Source of the DNA: an uncultured virus (IMG/VR IMGVR_UViG_3300025927_000002) | Taxonomy: Duplodnaviria; Heunggongvirae; Uroviricota; Caudoviricetes | Virus record (IMG/VR): IMGVR_UViG_3300025927_000002 | DNA length: 64,000 bases | Strand: one strand, 5' to 3' | Shown here: one piece after another, positions 19,373-27,865 of the stretch | Layout: every line of letters starts with the position of its first letter | Position numbering within the stretch: position 1 is the first letter of the stretch | Notes under the pieces: generated by a model | What the model saw: only the letters and a program-made list of their open reading frames with translations | Told to the model about the DNA's origin: nothing | Database searches by the model: none | Program-made: the position numbers and the translations under genes

Positions 19373-21490
19373 ATGGGCGTCACGACCTTCACCTTTGCGC
19401 CTGGCCTGAATAAGGAAGATTCGCCGCTGGCGAGCGAGGGCGGTTATATCGACGGCAACAATATTCGATTTGTCGCTGGTCGGCCGCAGACCATCGGCGG
19501 ATGGGACTTTATGGCGCTGGATCGGTTCGCAGGCATTGCCCGCGGGCAAAAAGCTTGGGCTGATTTGACCGGCCTGCGGCACGTCGCATTCGGCACCGCG
19601 GAGAAGCTCTATACGGTGGTCGGTAACGGTATCCGCGATATCACGCCGCCGCATTCTGAGGGGGTGCTTACAAACGTAGTCTCGACAATCAACGGGAGCC
19701 CGGTGGTCACTATTGGCCCGATCGATCACGCTTTTGTCGCCGGCATGGTGGTCACGTTCTCTAATCAATCAGCCCCGGTTGGCGGGATCAGCCTATCGGG
19801 CGATTACCCGGTCACGATCATTGATAAATTCACGTATACCATTGTCACGACGAGCGACGCGGCGGCGACCGCGACCGGTGGCGGCAATATCGATTATGTA
19901 GCGGCGCTGCCGCCTGGGCTCATCGATGGGACGGGAGATCCGGGTGGCTATGGCACGGGCGCCTATGGCCTCGGGGGTTATGGTGCGACGGATGCGCTCG
20001 ATACACTCCCGCGTGTCTGGTTTCTCGACAATTGGGGCGAGACGCTGGTGGCTCTGCCGCGGGGCGGCGGGCTTTATCAATGGCAGCCGGCAGCGTTTTA
20101 TCCGGAGCTGATAAGCAACGGAACCTTTGGCTCGGCGATCCGGTGGACATTAGGGGCGGGGTGGACGGTTTCCGGCGGAAAATTGGTCGGCACTCCTGGG
20201 GCTGGGTCGGATGCGTCTATCGCTGTTCCCGTCAAGGCCGGCATGGTGTACCGGGTGATGGTCACGACGACAGCCGCCGCCGGCGCGCTGACCATCAAGA
20301 CCAATGCGGGGCTTATCGGCGACGTGTCGGAAGCCATCTCGGTTGGGGGCACGTACTCGCGCCTGTGCCTTATCCCTGCCGACGCGACGCGGCTGGTGAT
20401 CTCGAAAAACGCTGCATTTAATGGGTCGATCGATAATCTGTCGGTCAAACTCGAAGATGTCGCGTATCGGGTCGATGAGGCGCCGAAACGCAATGCGGCA
20501 ATGTTCGTGGACCCGCATCAGATTGTGGTGATGCTCGGCACGATAATCGACGATGTCTATTATTCGATGGGGGTTCGCTGGTGCGATCGGCAAAATCTCC
20601 GGGATTGGACACCGACCGTAGCCAACCTGGCGGGCGACGATATCCTGTCGCAAGGCAGTCGGTTGATAACCGGAATCCCGACGCGGCAACAGAACGCCAT
20701 CTTTTCCGATTCCAGCCTCTTCACGATGCAATTCACCAACAACGCCGACAACCCCTTTATCTTCAACCCGTCGGGGTCAGGATGCGGCATCATCGGCGCG
20801 CTCGCATGCACCGAACACGACGGCATCGTGTACTGGTGGTCACGTGATAATTTCTACCGTTTCGCCGGTGCGGCGCCGGAGCCGATCACATCCAAGATCC
20901 GGCGCGATGTGTTTGAGCATGTTGCGGTCAATCAGGGCGAGAAAGTCTCCTGCGGCTTTCTCCCGGCTTTTTCCGAATTCTGGGGCTTGTACCCAGACGG
21001 CCGCGACGGGACGGAATGTTCGCGTTATGCCGCGATCCGGATGGATGAGGGGCATTCAACCTCCGGAACCTTCGCGCGCTCAGGCTGGATCACACCGGGC
21101 ATTTACGAGAACCCGATCGTGCTTGGCACGGATGGCTACGTCTATTTCCATGAGCGGGGCGACACCGCGGCGGGCGGTGCAATCGACTGGTTTCTGGATT
21201 CCGCCTATTTCGATATCGGCGATGGCGAGTTTCTTGCGCGGGTGATGCGCATCATCCCGGATTTTCTGGATCAGCGCGGCCCGGTCAATATCACCTTTTA
21301 TAGTAAGCCGTGGCCAACTGGCGCCGAGACCGTGCACGGCCCGTTTCTTTACACCGGCACGACCGATCGGATCGACACCCGGATCGTCGGCCGGCAGCTA
21401 AAGATGCGGTTTTCTGGCCATTCGGCCCCGGCCTATGTCCGGTTCGGCTCGGAGAAGCTGGATATCGCGCAGACGGGGATGCGGCGGTAG
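19373..21490 (+). CDS. tail tubular B / DNA stabilization (nozzle) protein
   Basis: F.PG.NKE......G.Y.DG.NIRF..GRP..IGGW; W.LDNWGE.L; RIIPDF. Confidence 0.8.
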   Translation: MGVTTFTFAPGLNKEDSPLASEGGYIDGNNIRFVAGRPQTIGGWDFMALDRFAGIARGQKAWADLTGLRHVAFGTAEKLYTVVGNGIRDITPPHSEGVLTNVVSTINGSPVVTIGPIDHAFVAGMVVTFSNQSAPVGGISLSGDYPVTIIDKFTYTIVTTSDAAATATGGGNIDYVAALPPGLIDGTGDPGGYGTGAYGLGGYGATDALDTLPRVWFLDNWGETLVALPRGGGLYQWQPAAFYPELISNGTFGSAIRWTLGAGWTVSGGKLVGTPGAGSDASIAVPVKAGMVYRVMVTTTAAAGALTIKTNAGLIGDVSEAISVGGTYSRLCLIPADATRLVISKNAAFNGSIDNLSVKLEDVAYRVDEAPKRNAAMFVDPHQIVVMLGTIIDDVYYSMGVRWCDRQNLRDWTPTVANLAGDDILSQGSRLITGIPTRQQNAIFSDSSLFTMQFTNNADNPFIFNPSGSGCGIIGALACTEHDGIVYWWSRDNFYRFAGAAPEPITSKIRRDVFEHVAVNQGEKVSCGFLPAFSEFWGLYPDGRDGTECSRYAAIRMDEGHSTSGTFARSGWITPGIYENPIVLGTDGYVYFHERGDTAAGGAIDWFLDSAYFDIGDGEFLARVMRIIPDFLDQRGPVNITFYSKPWPTGAETVHGPFLYTGTTDRIDTRIVGRQLKMRFSGHSAPAYVRFGSEKLDIAQTGMRR

Positions 21491-21498
21491 ACGCTGCG

Positions 21499-21592
21499 GC
21501 CGTCGGGCAGGGATTTGAACCCAGGCATCTTTGCGTGAGCCGAGAGACTACTTCGGCGGGCGCAATGCTCTTCCCCTCTGAGCTACCGACAG
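21499..21592 (-). ncRNA. tRNA-like RNA with extended anticodon arm
   Basis: Acceptor CTGTCGG/CCGACGG, TAGCTCAG...GAGC D arm, TTGCG/CGCAA stem, GGTTCAAATCC T arm; 25 nt replaces the 7-nt anticodon loop. Confidence 0.65.
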
Positions 21593-21640
21593 CGCTAGTC
21601 AGACGCCTGCCGCAGCCTCGACATCTTACAGATTGAGCGC

Positions 21641-22021
21641 ATGGATACAAGCAGTATCGGCTGGCTGTGGCAGCAATTCGAGCGCAACCGAGACCTGGTT
21701 CAAGAGGTTCTCGACCGCGGTATCGGCACCCACGATATCGACGATGTCTGGAAAGAAATCGAGAGCGGCAACGCGCAGCTCTGGTCGACCGCGAACTCGG
21801 TCATGATTACAAACGTCGAACAGTACCCGCGCGCCAAGGTGCTCAGGGGCTGGCTCGCTGCCGGAGACTTAAAGGAAATCGTTGCCACCGAGGCGGTGAT
21901 TCGGGACTGGGCGAAAAAACAGGGATGTGATCTGGTGATCTTGGGCGGACGCAGAGGGTGGCTTCGCGTCTTCCCGGGGTACAAAGAGACGCACACCCTC
22001 ATGTCGCGAAGGATTGATTGA
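21641..22021 (+). CDS. GNAT-fold-like virion assembly protein
   Basis: WLAAGDLKEI...WAKKQGC....GRRGWLR; position before the ejection genes. Confidence 0.7.
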   Translation: MDTSSIGWLWQQFERNRDLVQEVLDRGIGTHDIDDVWKEIESGNAQLWSTANSVMITNVEQYPRAKVLRGWLAAGDLKEIVATEAVIRDWAKKQGCDLVILGGRRGWLRVFPGYKETHTLMSRRID

Positions 22022-22022
22022 A

Positions 22023-23696
22023 ATGTCCAGCGGAGGTGGGTCGCAGACCTCGACTCAAAAGACAGAAATTCCGGCCTACATCCAGGACGCCCAGAAGAAC
22101 ACGCTGGCGACTGCGCAGCGATTCACCGATCCGTTTCTGCAAAACCCGCCGGCTACAACGGTTGCCGGGTTCACCCCCGACCAGACGGCCGGGTTTGATC
22201 TCGCTCGCCAGATGGCGCAGAACATGTTTGGAACGCCAGGCGCAACCGCGCCGCAAACCAACGTGGCGCAGAATTACATCTTTAATGGCCAAAACGGCCC
22301 GCACACAGGCTACACCCCGATCCCGGCTCAGGAGAGCCACCCGCTCTATGAAACGACATGGGAGCAGGCGGCGACGCCACAGGCGGTGGCTGCCCAACAG
22401 TACAATGCGGCATCGTCGGGGGTGCCGGCAAATATGTCGCCAGCGAGTGCGGGCTATGCCACAACCAGCGGGACCGCGACGACCGACCCGAGGTCCGGGC
22501 AGGTGGGTGGCGACGCGATCCACGCGCTGCTCAACCCCTATACAAAGGACGTCCTCGACCCAACAATTGACCGGATGCGCCGCGAGCTGGGACAGACCCA
22601 GGCTGCGATCGGGGCGCGCAATGCGTCAGCCGCGAGCTTTGGGGGTTCCCGCGGGGCGTTGCAATCGGCCGAAGCCAACCGCGCGTTTGGCGATCAGGTT
22701 GCGCTGACAACCGGGCAGCTGATGGCGCAAGGCTATGACAGAGCCACAGCCACAGCCCTGGCGAACGCGAACAATGCGCAACAGGTCGGTGAGTTTAACG
22801 CCGGTCAGACGAACCAAATGGGGCAGTTCAATACCGGGCAGATCAATCAGCGCGGCGAATTTAACGCTAATTTACAGGACGAGGCTGAGCGGCTAAACAA
22901 GGCTGCCTATAATGCGGCATTAGAAGCCAATGCGCAGCGTCAGCAATCGGCAAACGCCGGAAATGCTGCCGCTGTAAACAATATGGGGCAATTCAACGCG
23001 AGCCAGCTCGCCGATATTGCTAAATTCAACACACAGGAGCGACAGGGCGCGCAACAATTCAATGCCGGCCAGGGGAATAGTGCGCTGCAGTATTTCGCGG
23101 GTCTGGCGAACCAAGCCAACCAGTTCAACGCGACCCAGGAGCAGGCCGCGATCGGTCGCGCGATGGGGCTGTCGGAAAATGATGCCAATCGCGCGCTGAC
23201 AGCGTCCGGGCTGCAAAACACCTTTGCCAATGATGAGGCCCGGCGTCAGGCAACGGCGCTGCAGCAGCTACTCGGCACCGGGGCGACGCAGCAAGCAAAC
23301 GATCAAAGCAATCTCAGTCAGCCGATCGATATGTTGCGACTGCTGCAGCAATCGACGCCAGGCAATATCGGCACGACATCGACGACGACGCAGCCAAAGG
23401 AGAGCAACCCGATCGGGACGCTGGCTGGGCTCGCATCGATTGCAAGCCTGTTTATGCCATCAGACCGGCGCGACAAGACGGATATTAAGAAGCTCGGAGA
23501 AGACCCGCAGTCTGGGTTGCCGATGTATGCGTATCGCTATAAGAGCGATCCGAAGAGCAACCCAAAAGTTATGGGTCCGATGGCGCAGGATGTCGAGAAG
23601 AAATATCCTGGCACGGTTCACGAGATTGGCGGACACAAGGTTATTGACATGCATGCCCTGCTTTCTGCTGTCAGTCAATTTCAGGATAGCAAATAG
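22023..23696 (+). CDS. DNA ejection/pilot protein with C-terminal S74-like domain
   Basis: GGGSQTSTQ N-terminus, FGGSR, repeated QFNA, SDRRDKTDI...GPMAQDVE. Confidence 0.75.
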   Translation: MSSGGGSQTSTQKTEIPAYIQDAQKNTLATAQRFTDPFLQNPPATTVAGFTPDQTAGFDLARQMAQNMFGTPGATAPQTNVAQNYIFNGQNGPHTGYTPIPAQESHPLYETTWEQAATPQAVAAQQYNAASSGVPANMSPASAGYATTSGTATTDPRSGQVGGDAIHALLNPYTKDVLDPTIDRMRRELGQTQAAIGARNASAASFGGSRGALQSAEANRAFGDQVALTTGQLMAQGYDRATATALANANNAQQVGEFNAGQTNQMGQFNTGQINQRGEFNANLQDEAERLNKAAYNAALEANAQRQQSANAGNAAAVNNMGQFNASQLADIAKFNTQERQGAQQFNAGQGNSALQYFAGLANQANQFNATQEQAAIGRAMGLSENDANRALTASGLQNTFANDEARRQATALQQLLGTGATQQANDQSNLSQPIDMLRLLQQSTPGNIGTTSTTTQPKESNPIGTLAGLASIASLFMPSDRRDKTDIKKLGEDPQSGLPMYAYRYKSDPKSNPKVMGPMAQDVEKKYPGTVHEIGGHKVIDMHALLSAVSQFQDSK

Positions 23697-23830
23697 TCAT
23701 GAACTGTCAGCTAAAGCAGACAGCTTGTTACCCGCGTCCTCCCCAGGGTTTGAGCCTGGTTCATCGGACCGAGCTTCAGGGCTGCATGACGCCAGCCCAT
23801 CCTGCTCAGACTGTTGCCGAAGCAGGATTC
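23696..23830 (-). ncRNA. putative omega/reRNA scaffold of TnpB
   Basis: Inferred from its position at the right end overlapping the tnpB 3' end; 5' boundary uncertain. Confidence 0.55.
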
Positions 23831-24920
23831 CGCGAAGTCGAATATTCAACGCGGCATTGGAATCGGCATGATGCGTGAAACCGCACGCCTTGCAGCGGAA
23901 CAGGTTGCGATTCCTGTTGGCTGCCGTGACGTGGCCGCAGCGCGAGCAGCCTTTGCTAGTATTGCGCGGATCGACCTCGATCACCGACATCCCCCGCTCT
24001 TCCGCCTTGTATTGGAGGAAGAACATCAACTGGCCGTAGGCCCATCGGTTGATCTCGGCACGCTGCGCCTTTCGCAGGCGGCGGTTACGGATACCGTCGA
24101 GTTGTTCGACGGCAATGACCGGGCATCCGGATTTGTCGGCGAAGTGAACGATATCGCGGCTTATCTCGTGATTGACGGCCTGCATGAAGCGCTTCTCCCG
24201 GCCGGACAGCCGTTTCAGCGTTCGGCGCACAGAATGCGTCGGTCGCTCTGCCTTCCTCCGTTGGAGAGACGCGCGCACACGCAGATAGCGGTTACGCACA
24301 TGCTTCGTGTACCCGCCACGGCGCCGGTAATGCCGTTGGCCATCCGTCGCAGCGGCCAGCACATTGATGCCCCGATCGACACCGATGACGGCATCGTTCG
24401 GAGCGGTTTGTTCGCTAACCTCCTTCTTGAACGAGAGCGCCAGAAAGACCTGGCCACGGTGGATCGAGAGGCGGCCGTCGCCGAAGGCCCAATTAGCAAG
24501 CTTGTCCTGCAAATTGGGTGGGCCGGAGAACGGAACCGCCTTGCATCGCCCGGAGACGGTCCACAGCGACAAGCCGGACGAGCGCAACGAGACATCGCGA
24601 CCACGCTTGCCGCCTTGCAGGACAACCGCCTGCTCCCTGAACTGACACGGTCGCGTCGGCACGACACCGTTCGAGCGCAGCGCTGCGTATTTCGATGCGA
24701 CGTGCCGGATACAGGATTGGGCGACCTGTGCCGACAGCCCACCCTCCCTAGCCGCCCGATACGCCAAAGCATGAAGGCGCACCGCATTGGAGAGGCCGCC
24801 AGCATCGAACGCAATGCGGCTAACGGCGTTGCAGGCTTTCGTCCAGACAACAACCGTCTGCCTCGCTACGTCGAACGGCAAGGCGATCTTGAGTTTGACG
24901 GTGCGAACGATCTCCGACAC
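23697..24920 (-). CDS. tnpB: RNA-guided endonuclease TnpB
   Basis: RuvC-I GVDRG, RuvC-II AVEQL, zinc finger CSRC/CKAC, RuvC-III HADSNAALNI all intact. Confidence 0.95.
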   Translation of the reverse strand: MSEIVRTVKLKIALPFDVARQTVVVWTKACNAVSRIAFDAGGLSNAVRLHALAYRAAREGGLSAQVAQSCIRHVASKYAALRSNGVVPTRPCQFREQAVVLQGGKRGRDVSLRSSGLSLWTVSGRCKAVPFSGPPNLQDKLANWAFGDGRLSIHRGQVFLALSFKKEVSEQTAPNDAVIGVDRGINVLAAATDGQRHYRRRGGYTKHVRNRYLRVRASLQRRKAERPTHSVRRTLKRLSGREKRFMQAVNHEISRDIVHFADKSGCPVIAVEQLDGIRNRRLRKAQRAEINRWAYGQLMFFLQYKAEERGMSVIEVDPRNTSKGCSRCGHVTAANRNRNLFRCKACGFTHHADSNAALNIRLRGILLRQQSEQDGLASCSPEARSDEPGSNPGEDAGNKLSALADSS

Positions 24921-25033
24921 GCACCGAATATTTCATGTCGTGTCGGAATTTTCAATACACGCTGGATTCGGCCTTCTGGCCAACCGGCATTCCGCTGCCA
25001 GCTAAAGCAGGCAGTCCCCGGCCGGAGGTCGTA

Positions 25034-25489
25034 ATGGATTTCCCTTTCAACATGGGCCTCGGTGGTCTCGCGCATGACTCTATCGTGTCTCGTCTGTTCG
25101 GGCGAAATCAGTACACCCCGCAGAGCGATGCGTTGCTCGCCGCGCCCGATACGAACTCGATGCCTGCCGGATCGCCGCCGCCGGCGCCGCAGGTGACGAC
25201 ACCGAACCTGCCGATGGGTGGCGGGCTCGCTGGTCTGTTTGGCGGCGGCGTCGGGCCAAGCTTGCTTGGCCCTGGGGGCGGCGGCGACGACAAGATGAAG
25301 CAGTTCATGACCATGATGGACCTGATGAAAGCCAAGCAGGGGCCACAGCCGATGCCGCAGCCGATGCAGCCACAGATGGCAACGCCATTTGGCGGGTTCG
25401 GCGGCGGCGGTGGCATGCCTGGTGGCGGTGGCAGCCAGCCAAATCAGCTAATGGAGTTGCTGCGCCTGGCGGGTCAGCGGAGGGTCTAA
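25034..25489 (+). CDS. Gly/Pro/Met-rich ejection-region protein
   Basis: ATG at 25034 lies 2 nt after the upstream stop once the IS is removed. Confidence 0.7.
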   Translation: MDFPFNMGLGGLAHDSIVSRLFGRNQYTPQSDALLAAPDTNSMPAGSPPPAPQVTTPNLPMGGGLAGLFGGGVGPSLLGPGGGGDDKMKQFMTMMDLMKAKQGPQPMPQPMQPQMATPFGGFGGGGGMPGGGGSQPNQLMELLRLAGQRRV

Positions 25490-27865
25490 ATGGCAATACC
25501 ACAAGGGCCGAGAGCGGACCCGACCCCCTTCGCGTTCGGCGGCGGCCAGTCTGAAAGCGGCGGGCTGTTTGGCGGCGCCGGGTTTGGCGACGATAAATTT
25601 GCCAGGCTCCTGATGGGGCTAGCGTTGCTCGATTCCGGGCGCCCGCGGGTCAACCCGCCTTCGGCAATGGAGACAATCGCGCCGCTGGTGCAGATGCTTG
25701 GCCAACAATCATCGCAAAAGAATGCGATGAATTTTATGAATAAGGCATTCGAGCCGGGCGCCCCGAATGCGGCGGGCCTGCTTGGCGCTGGAGAGAGCGC
25801 ATCGCCTGATATTCCCGCCGGCATCCAAATGCCGGAGCAGGCGCCGAGCGCTGCGCCTCCTGTGTCGGGTCAAATGATGACGGGCGGGGGGATTGACGAC
25901 GCGGCGGCGCAAAAAATGGCCGGGCAGTATTGGCCGGCGGTCAAGGCGGCGGCGGAGCAGAACGGTATCCCTGCGGGAATTCTCGCCAAGCAGATCGCAC
26001 AAGAAAGCAGTTTCAATCCGAACGCCAAATCTTCAGCGGGAGCGCTCGGCATTTCGCAATTTATGCCCGGTACGGCAAGGCGGTTTGGGATTGACCCGCT
26101 TGATCCTAATCAGGCGATCCCGGCCGGGGCACAATACGTCGCGAAAAATACCGCGATGTTCGGCGGCAATCTCGGCCTCGGCCTCGCCGGCTACAATTGG
26201 GGCGAGGGCAATGTCCAAAAATGGTTGGCGCGCGGCGCGAACCCATCGGCGATGCCCGCCGAGACGCGCAAGTACGTTGCCAACATTACTGGCAAGCCGA
26301 TTGATGCGTGGGTAAATGGGGGAGGCTCAGACACTCCGGCCGCCACGCTGATCCCCACTCAAGCGCAAGGGCGAGTAACACCGATCCCGACGCAGGGGAC
26401 TGCCCGCGTGCAATACGCGCAGGCGACACCGCAGACAATGACCGATGCGTCCTCGGGGGCTTCTCAGCCCGCCGACGCGCCACCGACCCCGGTGCAAAGC
26501 CCGCGCGCTGCGGTAGGGCAGGCTTTCGCCGCGGGTGAGTTGCCCGATGTATCAACGCGGCAACTCCAACAAGCCCAAGCGGCGATGCCGAATACGGTGG
26601 CGCCGCGCAGCCCGGAGACAGTGACCGGCTCGCGCACGCAGGCCGCGTATGCCATGAAGATGTTCGACCATTGGGGACGGGTGGCGGCTGGCGCCGGGAT
26701 GCTCGGGACCGGCGGCGCCGGGCTTATCGAATACGCTAAGGCGCAGATGGGGCTTGCCGCGAAGTTCATAGAGCCAACCGAGCTTGATAAAAATATCTCG
26801 AAGCTTCCGAAAGAGTTGCAAGGCCGCGCTTGGGTTTCAAATCTGATGCCGAACGACCCGGAGCAACAGGGGAAGATCGAGGCTGCGAAGCGCAGCGCCG
26901 GACTTCCTTATATTGGCCCGGAGACAGCGGCTAAGACAGGGGCTGAGCGGGCCATCACTGAGCCGAGCGATATCCGCATTGCTACGGCAAAAGAGAATCT
27001 CGGCCGCGAGAGCACACGGCAACAACAATTGGGGGCCGCCTCGCTGGAGCCGACGACGATTTTCACGCGGCAACCGGATGGTTCCATGGTGGAACGTCAG
27101 GTCACGCGCAAGCAGTATGCTGAGATGGTGGGGAGCGGCGACGCAGCGCCGGCTACTGCTGGCGGTGCCGCGCAGCCGGGCGGCGCCCTGACCCCAGGGA
27201 GCGCGGTTTTTGGCAAGCCGTACCAGACGCCGGGAGAAATCAGCGGGAGCGAGACCCGCGCGAAAAATGAGGAAAACCAAATCCCGGTCTTTCAGAAGGA
27301 AGGTGAGGCCGCCCGCAACGATATCGCGCTACTGAAAAGCATGAAGGATGCTGCGGGGAATATCCATCAAGGTCTGCTTGCTGGTCCGACCCAGAGTGTC
27401 GCTAAACTGATGCGTATGGTCGATCCTAGTTTTGATAAGCAGGTTGCCGGGTATGAAGAGCTGACAAAGAATTCTGGCACGTTCGTCAGGAATGCGGTGC
27501 GGGGCACTGACTCGAACCCCTCGACGCAGATGTTCTCGATGATCCAGGCATCGCTACCGCAACCTGAGACATCACCCCTCGGGTTCCGCCGGGTCACTGA
27601 CCAGATGCTGGGCCTCGCGCAGTATAAGGCAGCCAAGGCGCAGGCGCTCCCCGCATACGAGGCGGCGAACAAAGGTAGTCATGCTGGTTACGAGAGCTGG
27701 TTTTACAAGAACGTGACGCCATACGCATTTATGGTTTCTGCGATGCATCCGGACGATCGGAAGGAGCTATACATGAGACTCCAGACGTCCGACCAAGGGA
27801 AGCGCGAGCTGCAGATGCTGCGCCCGCAGCTTGAATTCATTCACCAACAAGGGCTTGACCGATAG
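25490..27865 (+). CDS. internal virion protein with soluble lytic transglycosylase domain
   Basis: QESSFNP.A.S.AGA.G..QFMP.TA and LAGYNWGEG SLT motifs. Confidence 0.88.
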   Translation: MAIPQGPRADPTPFAFGGGQSESGGLFGGAGFGDDKFARLLMGLALLDSGRPRVNPPSAMETIAPLVQMLGQQSSQKNAMNFMNKAFEPGAPNAAGLLGAGESASPDIPAGIQMPEQAPSAAPPVSGQMMTGGGIDDAAAQKMAGQYWPAVKAAAEQNGIPAGILAKQIAQESSFNPNAKSSAGALGISQFMPGTARRFGIDPLDPNQAIPAGAQYVAKNTAMFGGNLGLGLAGYNWGEGNVQKWLARGANPSAMPAETRKYVANITGKPIDAWVNGGGSDTPAATLIPTQAQGRVTPIPTQGTARVQYAQATPQTMTDASSGASQPADAPPTPVQSPRAAVGQAFAAGELPDVSTRQLQQAQAAMPNTVAPRSPETVTGSRTQAAYAMKMFDHWGRVAAGAGMLGTGGAGLIEYAKAQMGLAAKFIEPTELDKNISKLPKELQGRAWVSNLMPNDPEQQGKIEAAKRSAGLPYIGPETAAKTGAERAITEPSDIRIATAKENLGRESTRQQQLGAASLEPTTIFTRQPDGSMVERQVTRKQYAEMVGSGDAAPATAGGAAQPGGALTPGSAVFGKPYQTPGEISGSETRAKNEENQIPVFQKEGEAARNDIALLKSMKDAAGNIHQGLLAGPTQSVAKLMRMVDPSFDKQVAGYEELTKNSGTFVRNAVRGTDSNPSTQMFSMIQASLPQPETSPLGFRRVTDQMLGLAQYKAAKAQALPAYEAANKGSHAGYESWFYKNVTPYAFMVSAMHPDDRKELYMRLQTSDQGKRELQMLRPQLEFIHQQGLDR

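Larger units (their letters stand above)
23696..25030 (-). mobile_element. IS200/IS605-family non-autonomous (IS1341-like, tnpB-only) element
   Basis: Subterminal hairpins CTGCCTGCTTTAGCTGGCAG (left end) and CTGTCTGCTTTAGCTGACAG (right end); TTAC 5' of the left end; right end finishes TGAC; no target duplication. Confidence 0.9.

Noticed and set aside
23696..25030. IStron (group I intron-IS hybrid)
   Set aside because: Only about 110 nt between the left end and tnpB, antisense to host genes and not interrupting a reading frame.
23814..25034. 406-aa plus-strand ORF
   Set aside because: Antisense shadow of tnpB with no recognisable motifs.
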